A DNA stretch of 64,000 nucleotides from Oculatellaceae cyanobacterium bins.114 (GTDB taxonomy: Bacteria > Cyanobacteriota > Cyanobacteriia > Elainellales > Elainellaceae), in the NCBI GenBank assembly GCA_033764315.1, contig JANRJA010000086.1, positions 28,449-92,448 on the forward strand. Reading direction: 5' to 3'. Position numbers and translations under genes: made by a program. How positions within the stretch are numbered: the stretch's first letter is position 1; every line of letters begins with the position of its first letter. Positions 9,931-22,223 of this stretch are shown here, in pieces. The notes beneath the pieces are model-generated. The model made no database searches and was not told where the DNA came from. It saw nothing but the letters and a program-made list of their open reading frames with translations.

Positions 9931-10031
9931 GTAGCAACTGAAGAGTTGGTTAGGACGGGGTGCAGGGGTTTTATCCCTAGATGAGGCGAAGTCCCTCACA
10001 CCCTCTTGTATCACCTGTCTTAACAGTTACT
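9931..10031. mobile_element. Degenerate miniature palindromic (MITE-like) element, copy B
   Basis: TAGCAACTGAAGAGTTGGTTAGGACGGGG...GGCGAAGTCCCTCACACC...CAGTTACT is co-linear with copy A. A 14-bp tandem duplication sits at its left end (9914-9941). Confidence 0.6.
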
Positions 10032-10111
10032 TTAGTTGGAGTTTTGGCGTGAAGGCTGTGCGGTTAAGCCTTGCTCTCTTAACGCTCTCAACACTGATTC
10101 ATATAAAAGCT

Positions 10112-13100
10112 CTATTGAGCTGGGGTCAAGACTTTTTCTTCAGCATCACTGGTTTCAGGGCTATTTGCCTCTGAGGGTGGCACTACTTGCCAAAACTGGG
10201 GCAAATAGGTTGACCAATTCTCTAAAATTTGCTGCGCTCGTTGGCTGCCTGTGTGCTCTAGGTGCGCCTCAATTAACGATTTAAGCCGCTCTTCCCCAGC
10301 AGGAGTGCTAATTCGTTGAATCTTGACAATTTCTGGGTTGACCTTAGAGGGGAAACTGCCATCTTCATCTAAAAAGTAAGCTAATCCACCCGTCATGCCT
10401 GCGCCCACGTTACGTCCTGACTTGCCTAGTACGACAATGACACCCCCTGTCATGTATTCACAGCAGTGGTCGCCCGTTCCCTCAATCACCGCCTGGGCTT
10501 TTGAGTTTCTGACAGCAAAGCGTTCTCCAGCTTGACCATTAGCAAACAGGAATCCGCCTGTCGCCCCATATAAACAGGTGTTGCCGATGATGACGTTGTC
10601 AGCTGGATTATAGGTGGCGATCGCCAATGGTTTGATGACAATCTCGCCGCCATGCATGCCTTTGCCCACATAGTCGTTTGCCTCACCCTCTAGGTTTAAG
10701 GTCATCCCTGGTAAGTTAAAAGCACCAAAGCTTTGACCCACGCTGCCTTGAAAGTTGAGCGTGATTTGTCCTTCAAAGCCTGTGTCACCATACTGCTTTG
10801 CGATGACTCCAGCCAGTCTGGCTCCCACCGTGCGATCGGTGTTAACCACCGTCACCTGATGGTTGACTATGCCCTGTTGCTGAATGGCCGCTTGAATCTC
10901 AGGCTCACTCAGAAGTTGGTCATCCAGCACAAAGCCATTAGAATGAACCGTTTCATGATTGAGCCAACTGCGATCGTCGCGAGTGTCAGGTAGTTTAGTG
11001 AGACAGTCTAAATTGAGGGATTGGGTTTTGGTTAACTTCACCTGGTCGCGTACTTTTAACAAATCAGCCCGACCAATGATCTCATTGAGTGAGCGATAAC
11101 CCAAACGAGCTAATAGCGATCGCACCTCTTCTGCCACAAAGTAGAAGAAGTTGACGACATGCTCTGGAGTTCCGGTAAAACGTTGACGTAACTTTTCTTG
11201 CTGGGTCGCAACACCCACTGGGCAGTTATTCGTATGACAAATTCGTGCCATGATGCAGCCTTCAGCAATCATTGACACCGAGCCAAAGCCATACTCTTCA
11301 GCCCCCATCAACGCCGCGATCAGCACATCCCATCCGGTCTTAAAGCCTCCGTCTGCCCGCAACAAGACGCGATCGCGCAAGCGGTTCTCCATCAACACCC
11401 GATGCACTTCGGTTAAACCCAGTTCCCAGGGCACCCCAGCATGTTTAATCGAACTGAGAGGAGAGGCACCCGTACCTCCGTCATGACCTGAAATTTGAAT
11501 GATATCGGCATTTGCTTTGGCTACCCCAGCCGCAACAGTCCCAATACCCACTTCTGCCACAAGTTTGACCGACACCTGGGCCACAGGATTAATCTGGTGC
11601 AAATCAAAAATCAGTTGAGCCAGGTCTTCGATCGAGTAGATGTCATGGTGTGGCGGCGGCGAGATCAACGACACTCCGGGCTTAGAGCGACGCAACATCG
11701 CAATATAGGGACTTACCTTTTTACCAGGAAGTTGTCCCCCTTCACCAGGTTTTGCACCTTGAGCCACTTTGATTTCGAGTTGCCGAGCACTCAGCAAATA
11801 TTCTGGGGTGACACCAAAGCGACCCGACGCCACTTGCTTGATCGCAGAGCTAGCTGTGTCGCCATTGCGCAATCCCTTTAAGTGAGGAAAGAGCAGAGAA
11901 TGTCCTGTGGGATCGACATCATCTAGCACTTGATAGCGAGTCGGATCTTCGCCCCCTTCGCCACAGTTTGATTTGCCACCCAATCGGTTCATAGCGATCG
12001 CCAGTGTCTCATGCGCTTCTCGTGAGAGTGACCCCAACGACATCGCCCCCGTACAAAAGCGTTTAACGATCTCCTCAATGGGTTCGACTTCCTCAATCGG
12101 AACAGCGGGGCGATCGCCCTGAAAGTCCAACAAATCTCGCAAGGCAGTCACTGGACGATGCTCTAACTGACTCTTGTAAACCTCGTAGTGGTCATAGCTC
12201 TTACTAGCAACCGCCTTGTGGAGAGCTTTTGCCATTTCGGGGCTATTCATGTGATATTCGCCCCCCGGCTTGTAGTTAAAGAAGCCATAGTTTTCTAGCT
12301 TTTTGCTGGTCAACTCTGGAAAAGCCCGTCCGTGGAAGGTGAGCACCTCTTGAGCCAGATCGGCCACACTAAGACCACCCAAACGCGAAGCCGTTCCAGT
12401 AAACCCTAAATGGAGCAGGTCTGCTCCAACGCCGATTGCTTCAAAGATTTGAGCACCGTGATAGCTCGACAACAGCGAGATGCCCATCTTCGAGAGAATT
12501 TTTAGCAACCCATACTCCAACGCTTTGCGATAGTTGCGTTGCGCTCCACTGAGAGTCGTCGCAGGAATCTTGCCCCGCTCCATAAAACTTTGGGTTTTGG
12601 AGTCAGACCACCAATGGCGCACCGTCTCCCACGCCAAATAAGGGCAAACTGCACTGGCCCCATAGCCAATCAAACACGCCACATGGTGAGTGCTCCAACA
12701 TTGAGCTGTGTCAACCACCAGAGAAGCTTTCATGCGCAACCCCTGACGAATCAGGTGATGGTGAACGGCACCCACCGCCAACAAGGGAGGAATGTAACTG
12801 GAGTTAGCACTCAGTGTAGTCGCTTCGCCAGCTTGATTGAGGCGATCGCTCAAGACTAAAATCTTTTTGCCTGCCCGCACCACCGCCATTGCTTGCTGAC
12901 ATAGAGCTGTCACGGCTCGGCGCAACCCCTCTGGCCCATCAGCAATCTCAAACAAGGTAGATAGCGTCGTCGTCTCAAACCCAGACCGATGAATTTGATC
13001 TAGCTCAGTCTCACTCACCACAGGAGAATCAAGCTTTAGCAAACGGGCATAGTCTGGCTTTGTCTCCAGCAAATTGCCCCGTTCCCCCAGTTGCACCGTC

Positions 13101-14788
13101 AATGACATCACCAATTTCTCCCGCAGGGGGTCAATCGGTGGATTTGTCACCTGAGCAAACCGTTGCTTGAAATAGTCGTAGAGTAACCGAGGCTTATCAG
13201 ACAACACCGCCAGAGGAATATCGTCACCCATACAGAAGGTTGGCTCACCCCCTTGAGCTGCCATTTCCTCAATCACCATCTCAACATCTTCCGTGTTGTA
13301 GCCAAAGGCAATTTGATGGCGTAGCAATGTGGTTGCATCCATCTGAGTCGATTCGAGGAAAGGCTGAGCCTCCAATTCAACCCGATTGTGCTGCAACCAT
13401 TCTCCATAAGGATGCCGACTGGCAATGCGCTGCTTGATCTGCCAATTTTTGAGAATTTCGTGGCTTTCTAAATCAACAGCAATGGTTTGTCCGGGCCCTA
13501 AGCGACCTTTTTCCACAATCTCTGCTTCGGGTAGGTCAACGACACCTGCCTCTGACGACACCACCACAAACCCATCTTGAGTAATGCTATAGCGAGCAGG
13601 GCGCAGGCCATTTCGATCGAGGGTCGCTCCTACTTTTTTACCATCGCTGTAAATCAGTAATGCCGGACCATCCCAGGGTTCCTGAATGCCACTGTAGAAT
13701 TCGTAGAAATCGGTAATTTCAGGATAGTCTGCTAGATCGGGCTGGTTTTTGTAGGCTTCTGGCACCATGATCATGATCGACTCTAACGGAGTGCGACCCG
13801 ACCGGACGAGCAGTTCAAAGGAGTTATCCAAATTGGCAGAATCGCTGTTTTCTGAATTAACGATCGGTTTTAGTTCTGCTAAGCGATCGCCCCAACAGGA
13901 GTGCTCCAAATCAGCTTCTCGTGCCATCATCCAGTTGATATTGCCCAACAGAGTGTTAATTTCTCCGTTGTGCCCCAACAGGCGCATCGGCTGAGCTAAA
14001 GACCAGCGAGGCATTGTGTTAGTGCTAAAGCGGCGATGATAGATCGCAAAGGCACTCTGATATGCCGAATTTTGCAAGTCTAGATAAAACTCACCCAACA
14101 CAGCCGATCGCACCATGCCCTTATACACAATGGTGCGACTAGAGAAAGAACACACGTAAAACTCACGCAATTGCTCAGCTGTTTCAGAAGATGCATTTCC
14201 AGCGGCGATCGCCACTGACTTCTCAGCCTGTTTACGCACTAAAAACAGCAGCCGCTCCAACTCATCGCCGCTAACTGCATCCGACTTCACCACAACCTGC
14301 TCGATTTGAGGCAAATTTTCGCGTGCCTGTGGCCCTAATGTCTCTGGCTTAACCGGGACAACACGCCACCCCAGCACCGTCAAACTAGCCGCTTCAATGG
14401 CTTGATTAAACAATTGACGAGCGATCGCTGCCGCCGCTTCTGATTGTGGCAAAAATACCATCCCCACTCCAACGTGAGCGGGGTGAGCCATTCCTTGAGC
14501 ACTCAACCATTCACTCAACAATTCCCAAGGCAAAGCCGTCATCAATCCGGCTCCATCCCCCGACTCCTGATCAGCACTACAGGCTCCCCGATGCTCCAAA
14601 CATGTCAAAGCCGATAGGGCTTTTGCAACCAGCATGTGACTAGCACGACCCTGCTGATCGGCGATAAAACCAACGCCACAAGCATCTCGCTCTTCCACTA
14701 GCCAACGCTGCCCTGCAAACCCTACCACTCCCTGATTCATCAGTGTAGACTGAGTCACATTTGTATCACCCATATCAATTTGTTTCAC
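10112..14788 (-). CDS. glsF: Ferredoxin-dependent glutamate synthase (Fd-GOGAT)
   Basis: [40 protein letters not shown] and [13 protein letters not shown]. The [21 protein letters not shown] loop is typical of Fd-dependent enzymes, and no gltD is adjacent. The start may be GTG 14788 or ATG 14773. Confidence 0.95.
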   Translation of the reverse strand: MKQIDMGDTNVTQSTLMNQGVVGFAGQRWLVEERDACGVGFIADQQGRASHMLVAKALSALTCLEHRGACSADQESGDGAGLMTALPWELLSEWLSAQGMAHPAHVGVGMVFLPQSEAAAAIARQLFNQAIEAASLTVLGWRVVPVKPETLGPQARENLPQIEQVVVKSDAVSGDELERLLFLVRKQAEKSVAIAAGNASSETAEQLREFYVCSFSSRTIVYKGMVRSAVLGEFYLDLQNSAYQSAFAIYHRRFSTNTMPRWSLAQPMRLLGHNGEINTLLGNINWMMAREADLEHSCWGDRLAELKPIVNSENSDSANLDNSFELLVRSGRTPLESIMIMVPEAYKNQPDLADYPEITDFYEFYSGIQEPWDGPALLIYSDGKKVGATLDRNGLRPARYSITQDGFVVVSSEAGVVDLPEAEIVEKGRLGPGQTIAVDLESHEILKNWQIKQRIASRHPYGEWLQHNRVELEAQPFLESTQMDATTLLRHQIAFGYNTEDVEMVIEEMAAQGGEPTFCMGDDIPLAVLSDKPRLLYDYFKQRFAQVTNPPIDPLREKLVMSLTVQLGERGNLLETKPDYARLLKLDSPVVSETELDQIHRSGFETTTLSTLFEIADGPEGLRRAVTALCQQAMAVVRAGKKILVLSDRLNQAGEATTLSANSSYIPPLLAVGAVHHHLIRQGLRMKASLVVDTAQCWSTHHVACLIGYGASAVCPYLAWETVRHWWSDSKTQSFMERGKIPATTLSGAQRNYRKALEYGLLKILSKMGISLLSSYHGAQIFEAIGVGADLLHLGFTGTASRLGGLSVADLAQEVLTFHGRAFPELTSKKLENYGFFNYKPGGEYHMNSPEMAKALHKAVASKSYDHYEVYKSQLEHRPVTALRDLLDFQGDRPAVPIEEVEPIEEIVKRFCTGAMSLGSLSREAHETLAIAMNRLGGKSNCGEGGEDPTRYQVLDDVDPTGHSLLFPHLKGLRNGDTASSAIKQVASGRFGVTPEYLLSARQLEIKVAQGAKPGEGGQLPGKKVSPYIAMLRRSKPGVSLISPPPHHDIYSIEDLAQLIFDLHQINPVAQVSVKLVAEVGIGTVAAGVAKANADIIQISGHDGGTGASPLSSIKHAGVPWELGLTEVHRVLMENRLRDRVLLRADGGFKTGWDVLIAALMGAEEYGFGSVSMIAEGCIMARICHTNNCPVGVATQQEKLRQRFTGTPEHVVNFFYFVAEEVRSLLARLGYRSLNEIIGRADLLKVRDQVKLTKTQSLNLDCLTKLPDTRDDRSWLNHETVHSNGFVLDDQLLSEPEIQAAIQQQGIVNHQVTVVNTDRTVGARLAGVIAKQYGDTGFEGQITLNFQGSVGQSFGAFNLPGMTLNLEGEANDYVGKGMHGGEIVIKPLAIATYNPADNVIIGNTCLYGATGGFLFANGQAGERFAVRNSKAQAVIEGTGDHCCEYMTGGVIVVLGKSGRNVGAGMTGGLAYFLDEDGSFPSKVNPEIVKIQRISTPAGEERLKSLIEAHLEHTGSQRAQQILENWSTYLPQFWQVVPPSEANSPETSDAEEKVLTPAQ

Positions 14789-15497
14789 CTATTGCATTTG
14801 TAATGCCGAATGACGACCCAAGAATTTCATATTGCCGAACGACCCCTGTCATCAACAACAGTAGAAGGGAAAACTATCGGTAAAGAGACAAATACATCAC
14901 AATTTGACCAAGAGGGATGTAAATAACTCACCGACACTGCTGTTGGTGCCATTCGTTGAAATGGCACCCAGATCTAAGTTATGAGCTAAAGAGGGCATTT
15001 GCAGATGACACACTTAAAGCGAGATGAAGCTGTTTCAATCGGCTTGCATCGTTGCATCTAAGATTTAGAGTTCAAATCTTATAAAAAGTGATACATCTTT
15101 GCAATCCCTAACACAGGGACTGCCTGCACCATCTAACACCAAAGATACAGACCAAAGGACTTTTGGAGTTCTGAGGCAACTCTGCGCTCTATAGGTTTTG
15201 AATTCACGTCCTAATAAGTTCAGTGTTTAACCTCACTTCATTCATTATGAAACCAAATTTCAGGGTTGAGATCTATCGGTTTTTCTCACTCCAGTTATGA
15301 AATTTATTTCTTTTTCCTGGAGGTTGAGTCTTATGAGTCAATGTTGAATATAGATAAACAGCGATCGCCGTCTTAACAATTTGTGAATCATCAGTGGCAA
15401 CATTTTCTGACTTGAGAGATTCTGTATACAACATCCGTCTGCTCATTTTGCTCAACGAGATAGGCTAGACCTGCAACTACACTCTCCAACAACTCCG

Positions 15498-17363
15498 TTG
15501 GTTAAACGAAATCTTTTGAGACAGCATCCTTCTCATCCCCCATCTCGACCTGGGAAACCATTGAAGCCATTTCTTGTACCCGCTTATCTGGCGATCGCGG
15601 CCTATCTTGTCATTTCTGCCAAAGGCAACGCTAATACGCTCGCCTCTCAAGCCATCTTTCATCAACAGTCCTGGGTTCCCACCCTGGCTCAAGCTTCTCC
15701 TCCATTGCCGTTAACACACCAGGGTAATCAAATTGTGTTGAATGGGCGATCGCTTCCTGGCAACTGGAGTCAACGTCAACAGAGTATTGGAATCAGCGAT
15801 ATATCCCTGCTGCAAACCATTGGGGTCGATTTGCTCAACAGCACTGATGCCACACGCCAACCTGTGCAATGGTTTTCAGATCCTGCTACCAACTTCACAA
15901 CGCTCTCCACCTGGTTCACTGCTCAATATCGCTACCTCGACATCACAGCGTTTGCCCAACAAGCCGGATGGCAGGTGCGGGTCAACGGCAACACACTGCA
16001 AATCTCAACTCCCCCGTCTCAAGTCGTAGGGATTCGCCAGGGACGACAAGACTGGGGCGATCGCATTGTCCTCGATCTCGATCAACCAACTCCGTGGCAG
16101 GTCACTCAAGAAGCCAGCGAATTGGTCATCACCTTAGGGGTGCAAGCCAGTCCTGCCTTACTTCAAAGCTTCATTCCCACGTCTGGCAATCGTTTAACTC
16201 GCTTAAATGTAGAGGCAAGTAGCAACCAAACCGTCATTCGTGTTGGCATTCCAGCAGGCTTACGACCTCAAATTTGGACACTGCCCAATCCCAATCGATT
16301 AATCATTGATATTCGAGACACTGTGAGAGAACGCGATATCCTCTGGTCAGCCGGAGTGCAATGGAGAGAGCAAATTGTCAGCACCGACAATGCCCGATTT
16401 CCAGTCATCTCGCTACTCATTGATCCCCAACAAGCAGGACTAGCAGTCAAACCTATTTGGACTAATCCTGCTGGTGCTGCTGGCACAACTCCCCTTATCA
16501 CTATGGCTCAACAATCTCAAGTCGCGGCGGCGATCAATGGGGGGTTCTTTAACCGCAACAATCAGTTGCCGTTGGGGGCATTGAGACGAGATAACCGTTG
16601 GATTTCGGGACCCATTTTAAATCGAGGGGCGATCGCTTGGAACGACACTGGGGCGATCGCCATTGACCGACTAGATTTTAGAGAAACCCTCACCACCTCA
16701 ACCGGGCAACAATTTCCCATCACCCTATTCAACACAGGCTACGTCAGAGCCGGACTCGCCCGCTACACTCCCGATTGGGGTGCCAACTACACCAACATCA
16801 TTGATAACGAAACAATTCTCACCATTCAAAATAATCAGGTCATTCGCCAACAAACAACCAGTGCTCAGGGGCAAACAACGGTTCCTATTCCCACCAACGG
16901 CTACCTACTGGTGGCACGCTCCTTTAACACAGCTCTAAACGCGCTCCCAGTTGGCACAACGCTTCAACTGTCTACGGCCTTAACGCCTGCTACCTTCAGT
17001 CAATACCCACAAATAGTTGGTGCAGGACCACTGCTCATACGCGATCGCCAAATCGTCCTTAATCCTCAAGCAGAGCAATTTACAGAGGCATTCATTCAAC
17101 AGGCAGCCGTTCGCAGTGTCATCGCCAAAATGCCAGATGGCAAACTAATGATACTAACCATCCAAAATCGTATTAACGGCAGCGGGCCTACCCTCAATGA
17201 AACGGCTGAAATCCTCTATCGACTAGGGGCGATTGATGCCCTTAATCTGGATGGAGGCAGCTCTACCAGTCTCTATCTAGGCGGCACCCTGATTAACCGC
17301 TCTCCCCGAACCGTTGCCCGTGTTCACAATGGCATTGGTATTTTCATCCAACCCAACTTCTAA
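15498..17363 (+). CDS. Exported phosphodiester glycosidase (NAGPA/DUF2233) family protein
   Basis: AAINGGFFN, GAGPLL, ALNLDGGSSTSL and VHNGIG, plus an AMIN-like DRIVLDL segment. Start codon uncertain. Confidence 0.88.
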   Translation: MVKRNLLRQHPSHPPSRPGKPLKPFLVPAYLAIAAYLVISAKGNANTLASQAIFHQQSWVPTLAQASPPLPLTHQGNQIVLNGRSLPGNWSQRQQSIGISDISLLQTIGVDLLNSTDATRQPVQWFSDPATNFTTLSTWFTAQYRYLDITAFAQQAGWQVRVNGNTLQISTPPSQVVGIRQGRQDWGDRIVLDLDQPTPWQVTQEASELVITLGVQASPALLQSFIPTSGNRLTRLNVEASSNQTVIRVGIPAGLRPQIWTLPNPNRLIIDIRDTVRERDILWSAGVQWREQIVSTDNARFPVISLLIDPQQAGLAVKPIWTNPAGAAGTTPLITMAQQSQVAAAINGGFFNRNNQLPLGALRRDNRWISGPILNRGAIAWNDTGAIAIDRLDFRETLTTSTGQQFPITLFNTGYVRAGLARYTPDWGANYTNIIDNETILTIQNNQVIRQQTTSAQGQTTVPIPTNGYLLVARSFNTALNALPVGTTLQLSTALTPATFSQYPQIVGAGPLLIRDRQIVLNPQAEQFTEAFIQQAAVRSVIAKMPDGKLMILTIQNRINGSGPTLNETAEILYRLGAIDALNLDGGSSTSLYLGGTLINRSPRTVARVHNGIGIFIQPNF

Positions 17364-17974
17364 ACCTCCAAACTGATTGCCAAACAAGCAATAAGGGGTA
17401 AAGAGCAAAGGGCATTTGTGAATGGTCAACTCGTCTCGGCTTCTGCTCATCAACCCTACAATTGATACCATCTCTAGAAACTTGGGCTACACATCAACAT
17501 TCTCCATAAAAGGCATTTCGCATAGGCATTTCGCATGTGGCCGTTGTTTGTTGATTATTGGTTGAATTGGTATGACTACTGCATGACTGACTACTAATGG
17601 TCAATTCATAACCTGGCACTTCATTCTCACCCCCCACTCCCCTACTCTCTCACTCCCTCGCTCTCTGCTAGCTAAACACACCCCCCACCCAACCTTGACT
17701 GCCAACATATCACAATAAGTATTTCTACTCTTTTAGAAGAGACAAAAATAAAGCTCCTTTGAAGCTGCTATCCCTCCAGTGAAGAATCCATATAAATCGG
17801 CCTGTTTTCTAACAAGCGAGTTCCAGAACCCTAAAAATTTCTGCTATGTTTAGCTTCGGTTTCCCAATGCATACCAACCCTTCTGAGAGTTCATCTCCAC
17901 GCCTTACTTTAGTTAAACTGACTTAACTCAAACCATTCTTCCACCCTCTAACCAACCATTAAGGAGATCATGTC

Positions 17975-18394
17975 ATGCCTCAGACTCAAGAACTCATTCA
18001 GCCTACTGTGTCAGCTTTGTCTGCTTCCGTCGGAATCAAAGGAGTCGCCGCGACTGAACTCAGACCTTGGGGATCATTTACGGTTTTAGAAGAAGGACGA
18101 GGATACAAAATCAAACGGATTGAGGTTAAGCCCGGTCATCGCCTTAGCTTACAAATGCACCACCACCGTAGCGAACACTGGATCGTGGTATCTGGCACTG
18201 CCAAAGTGGTTTGCGGAGATCAAGAAACGCTGCTATTTAGCAACCAATCAACCTATGTGCCTCCTTGCACAACCCATCGCTTAGAAAACCCTGGCGTTAT
18301 CAACTTGGTGCTCATCGAAGTCCAGAACGGGGAATATTTAGGAGAAGACGATATCGTCCGGTTCCAGGATGACTACGCTCGCGCCAAAGCTTAA
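17975..18394 (+). CDS. Mannose-6-phosphate isomerase type II C-terminal cupin domain protein
   Basis: RPWGSF, LSLQMHHHRSEHWIVVSG and EVQNGEYLGEDDIVRFQDDY. AAGGAG RBS. Confidence 0.93.
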   Translation: MPQTQELIQPTVSALSASVGIKGVAATELRPWGSFTVLEEGRGYKIKRIEVKPGHRLSLQMHHHRSEHWIVVSGTAKVVCGDQETLLFSNQSTYVPPCTTHRLENPGVINLVLIEVQNGEYLGEDDIVRFQDDYARAKA

Positions 18395-18423
18395 TTTTTT
18401 TCTTAAAAGTTATGACAGTTATC

Positions 18424-18464
18424 GATGGGATCGCAATTAAACTTGCGATCCCATCTTGTTTTTT
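18424..18464 (+). terminator. Rho-independent terminator
   Basis: GATGGGATCGCAA-TTAAAC-TTGCGATCCCATC followed by a T tract. Confidence 0.85.
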
Positions 18465-18539
18465 GTGAATGCCTGAAGCGATCGCCACAGCTTAGCAGTA
18501 AAATCAGTGGGTTGATTTTGTGATGCTGCCATCACCGTC

Positions 18540-18878
18540 ATGATTCATCTTAGTCATGCAGCTATTTATGAACTGAATCGCCTCAAAGCACGTCATCCTA
18601 ATGCTACCGGGGTACGCTTAGCGGTTAAACCTGGAGGATGTGCTGACCTCTATTACTCCCTAGAATTTGATCAAGAAATAACCCCTACGGAATACGCTTA
18701 TCAATATGAGGGAATCCAAATTGCCATTGCTCCTGATAGCCTAAACCACTTAAAAGGGACTACCATCGATTATTCAGAAGACCTAATGGGGGGCGGATTT
18801 CGGTTTCACAACCCTAATGCCACGCGCAGCTGTGATTGTGGAAATTCTTTTGCAGTTACTCAATTGCATGAAGAGTAA
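18540..18878 (+). CDS. HesB/IscA family Fe-S cluster assembly accessory protein
   Basis: PGGCA, IDYSEDLMGGGFRFHNPNA and CDCGNSF. Confidence 0.93.
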   Translation: MIHLSHAAIYELNRLKARHPNATGVRLAVKPGGCADLYYSLEFDQEITPTEYAYQYEGIQIAIAPDSLNHLKGTTIDYSEDLMGGGFRFHNPNATRSCDCGNSFAVTQLHEE

Positions 18879-18900
18879 TCAAGCAATTTTTTTAGCCAAA

Positions 18901-18930
18901 TTGACAAGCAATCGATAAAATCGGTATAGT
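18901..18930 (+). promoter_or_regulatory. Sigma70-type promoter of the str operon
   Basis: TTGACA-N18-TATAGT, 50 bp upstream of rpsL. Confidence 0.75.
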
Positions 18931-18980
18931 TAGAGACTGTGAAAAGTTAGACCCGTTAAGAGGTATCCTCACGCTACATC

Positions 18981-19367
18981 ATGCCCACTATTCAGCAACT
19001 TATTCGTGACGAGCGCCGCAAGGCGAGCAAAAAAACCAAATCGCCAGCCTTAAAAAGCTGTCCTCAGCGGCGTGGTGTTTGCACAAGAGTCTATACCACC
19101 ACTCCTAAGAAGCCCAACTCTGCCCTCCGGAAAGTTGCCAGGGTTCGTTTGACTTCTGGGTTTGAGGTAACAGCTTACATTCCGGGTATTGGGCATAACC
19201 TTCAAGAGCACTCAGTAGTGATGATTCGTGGAGGTCGGGTTAAAGATTTACCTGGCGTGCGCTATCACATTATTCGCGGCACTCTTGATACAGCAGGGGT
19301 CAAAGATCGTAAACAAGGTCGTTCAAAATACGGTGCTAAGCGACCTAAAGCGGCAGCAGCCAAGTAA
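18981..19367 (+). CDS. rpsL: 30S ribosomal protein S12
   Basis: [20 protein letters not shown] and [12 protein letters not shown]. Confidence 0.99.
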   Translation: MPTIQQLIRDERRKASKKTKSPALKSCPQRRGVCTRVYTTTPKKPNSALRKVARVRLTSGFEVTAYIPGIGHNLQEHSVVMIRGGRVKDLPGVRYHIIRGTLDTAGVKDRKQGRSKYGAKRPKAAAAK

Positions 19368-19562
19368 AATTAGAAATTGCCTTTTTCAAGAGCAACTGAT
19401 TTAGCATTCCGATTAAAATGTTCTTTGTCTGCTACTGATGCTGATTGACGCATCTGTCAGATAGAGAGTTTTGTTGAGCCAGCTTTTCCACTTGCCTCAA
19501 GCTATTGGTTTACGGTCAAGTGTTCACTATCTCTGAGTAAAATTACTTTTCACGGTTCTGTT

Positions 19563-20033
19563 ATGTCTCGTCGTACAGTTATTCAAAAGCGTCCAGTTCC
19601 TCCCGATCCCACCTACAACAGTCGCCTCGTCAGTATGATGGTGCGGCGATTAATGCATTCTGGCAAAAAGTCGATCGCATATGGCATTATTTACGATGCC
19701 TTCAAGATTATTCAAGAGCGGACTGGGGGAGAGCCTCTAGAAACGTTTGAGAAGGCGGTTCGTAACGCTACCCCACTGGTTGAGGTCAAAGCTAGACGGG
19801 TTGGTGGAGCTACTTATCAGGTGCCAATGGAAGTTAGAACCGATCGGGGTATTGCACTAGCACTTCGCTGGCTTGTTCAATTCTCCCGTTCTCGAACAGG
19901 GCGAACAATGGCAGGTAAGTTGGCAAATGAGCTGATGGATGCAGCAAACGAAACAGGAAGCACCATTCGCAAGCGCGAAGAAACTCACAGAATGGCAGAA
20001 GCCAACAAAGCATTTGCCCACTATCGTTACTAA
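19563..20033 (+). CDS. rpsG: 30S ribosomal protein S7
   Basis: [11 protein letters not shown] and [15 protein letters not shown]. Confidence 0.99.
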   Translation: MSRRTVIQKRPVPPDPTYNSRLVSMMVRRLMHSGKKSIAYGIIYDAFKIIQERTGGEPLETFEKAVRNATPLVEVKARRVGGATYQVPMEVRTDRGIALALRWLVQFSRSRTGRTMAGKLANELMDAANETGSTIRKREETHRMAEANKAFAHYRY

Positions 20034-20120
20034 GCTTCTCTGCAACTTAGCTTCGCAAAAGTATAAAATCTTAATAGAGCCGCTAGGATTGTGTATCAGC
20101 GGCAATGTAAGGAGATAGCT

Positions 20121-22199
20121 GTGGCACGCACCGTCCCGCTTGAACGAATAAGAAATATCGGAATTGCCGCACATATCGATGCAGGCAAAACGACAACAAC
20201 TGAGCGCATTTTGTTCTACTCTGGTGTGGTTCACAAAATGGGTGAGGTTCACGAAGGGACTGCTGTAACTGATTGGATGGATCAGGAACGGGAACGCGGA
20301 ATCACCATCACAGCCGCCGCCATTAGTACCAGTTGGAAGGATCACCAAGTCAATATCATTGATACCCCAGGACACGTTGACTTCACAATTGAAGTCGAAC
20401 GCTCTATGAGAGTCTTGGATGGTGTGATCGCAGTGTTTTGCTCTGTTGGTGGTGTTCAACCCCAATCTGAGACAGTTTGGCGGCAAGCTGATCGCTACAA
20501 AGTTCCCCGTATCGTCTTTGTGAACAAGATGGATCGGACTGGGGCAAACTTTTTTAAGGTTTACGGTCAGATTCGCGATCGCCTCCGAGCTAATGCCGTC
20601 CCTATCCAAATTCCTATCGGCAGCGAAGATGTCTTTAAAGGCATTGTGGACTTGGTACGGATGAAGGCTTACATCTACACCAACGACATTGGAACAGACA
20701 TCCAAGAGACGGCTATTCCTGACGAGGTCAAAGAGCAAGTCGAGGAATTTCGCCTGAAGTTAATCGAGTCTGTTGCAGAAACAGATGATCTTCTGACTGA
20801 GAAGTATTTGGAAGGTGAGGAATTAACTCAGGAAGAAATCGCAGCTGCTCTCCGTAAGGCAACTCTTACTGGAGCTATTGTTCCAATGCTCTGTGGCTCT
20901 GCCTTTAAAAATAAGGGAGTTCAACTATTGCTGGATGCAGTTATTGATTACCTACCTGCTCCCATCGATGTCCCTGCCATTCAAGGTATGCTACCAGATG
21001 GAAGCCCTGTCGAACGCTGTGCGAGTGACAGTGAGCCTCTATCGGCCTTAGCATTCAAAATCATGGCTGATAAGTTTGTCGGTCGTTTGACCTTCATCCG
21101 GGTCTACTCTGGGGTTTTGAAAAAAGGCAGCTACGTCCTTAACTCTTCTAAAAATAAGAAGGAAAGGGTGTCTCGTCTGATTGTATTAAAGGCTGATGAA
21201 CGAATTGACGTAGATGAGCTTCGAGCAGGAGACCTAGGAGCAATTCCGGGATTATCAGATACCCTCACGGGTGATACTCTTTGTGATGAGTCTGCCCCAG
21301 TTATTCTAGAGTCGCTCTTCGTTCCAGAACCTGTCATCTCGGTTGCAGTTGAACCTAAAACCAAGCAAGACATGGATAAGCTTTCTAAGGCACTGAAAGC
21401 TCTATCAGAGGAAGACCCTACTTTTCGTGTCAGCATTGACCCAGAAACCAACCAAACCGTAATTGCCGGGATGGGTGAGCTGCATCTGGAAATCCTGGTT
21501 GATCGGATGTTACGAGAGTTCAAGGTTGAGGCAAATGTGGGCGCACCACAGGTGGCTTATCGAGAAACGATTCGTAAGTCTGTTCGGCAGGAGGGCAAAT
21601 TTGTCCGCCAGAGCGGTGGTAAAGGTCAATATGGACATGTGGTAATTGAGTTAGAACCAGGTGAGCCTGGAACTGGCTTCGAGTTTGTCTCTAAGATAGT
21701 TGGGGGAGTCATTCCCAAGGAATACATTTCTCCAGCAGAACAGGGCATGAAGGAAGCTTGTGAATCTGGCATCATGGCAGGATATCCAGTCATTGATGTT
21801 AAGGTGACTTTGGTAGATGGCTCTTATCACGATGTTGATTCTTCTGAAATGGCTTTTAAGATTGCAGGTTCAATGGCAATCAAAGAAGCTGTGATGAAGG
21901 CTTCCCCAGTTCTGCTAGAACCTATGATGAAGGTTGAAGTAGAAGTTCCAGAAGGATTTCTAGGGGATGTCATGGGAGATCTCAACTCTCGTAGAGGACA
22001 GATCGAAGGGATGGACTCTACGGATGGCATTGCTAAGGTTACTTCAAAGGTGCCTCTAGCGGAAATGTTCGGATATGCTACTGATATTCGGTCTAAAACC
22101 CAAGGTCGTGGCATATTCTCAATGGAGTTCAGTCGCTATGAGGAAGTGCCTCGCAACGTGGCTGAAACTATCATTGCTAAGAGTAAAGGGAACGCATAA
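20121..22199 (+). CDS. fusA: Elongation factor G
   Basis: [14 protein letters not shown] and NKMD. GTG start at 20121 follows AAGGAG. Confidence 0.99.
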   Translation: MARTVPLERIRNIGIAAHIDAGKTTTTERILFYSGVVHKMGEVHEGTAVTDWMDQERERGITITAAAISTSWKDHQVNIIDTPGHVDFTIEVERSMRVLDGVIAVFCSVGGVQPQSETVWRQADRYKVPRIVFVNKMDRTGANFFKVYGQIRDRLRANAVPIQIPIGSEDVFKGIVDLVRMKAYIYTNDIGTDIQETAIPDEVKEQVEEFRLKLIESVAETDDLLTEKYLEGEELTQEEIAAALRKATLTGAIVPMLCGSAFKNKGVQLLLDAVIDYLPAPIDVPAIQGMLPDGSPVERCASDSEPLSALAFKIMADKFVGRLTFIRVYSGVLKKGSYVLNSSKNKKERVSRLIVLKADERIDVDELRAGDLGAIPGLSDTLTGDTLCDESAPVILESLFVPEPVISVAVEPKTKQDMDKLSKALKALSEEDPTFRVSIDPETNQTVIAGMGELHLEILVDRMLREFKVEANVGAPQVAYRETIRKSVRQEGKFVRQSGGKGQYGHVVIELEPGEPGTGFEFVSKIVGGVIPKEYISPAEQGMKEACESGIMAGYPVIDVKVTLVDGSYHDVDSSEMAFKIAGSMAIKEAVMKASPVLLEPMMKVEVEVPEGFLGDVMGDLNSRRGQIEGMDSTDGIAKVTSKVPLAEMFGYATDIRSKTQGRGIFSMEFSRYEEVPRNVAETIIAKSKGNA

Positions 22200-22223
22200 T
22201 CAGAAAAAGGGACACATAGATTC

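Noticed and set aside
15273-15455. 60-aa minus-strand ORF upstream of glsF
   Set aside because: No recognisable motif or convincing RBS. It lies in a divergent promoter region.
19857-20738. 293-aa antisense ORF over rpsG/fusA, and similar shadow ORFs over tuf, glsF, rpoB/C and carB
   Set aside because: They lie fully antisense to or out of frame within highly conserved genes, show no motifs, and are an expected codon-bias artefact.
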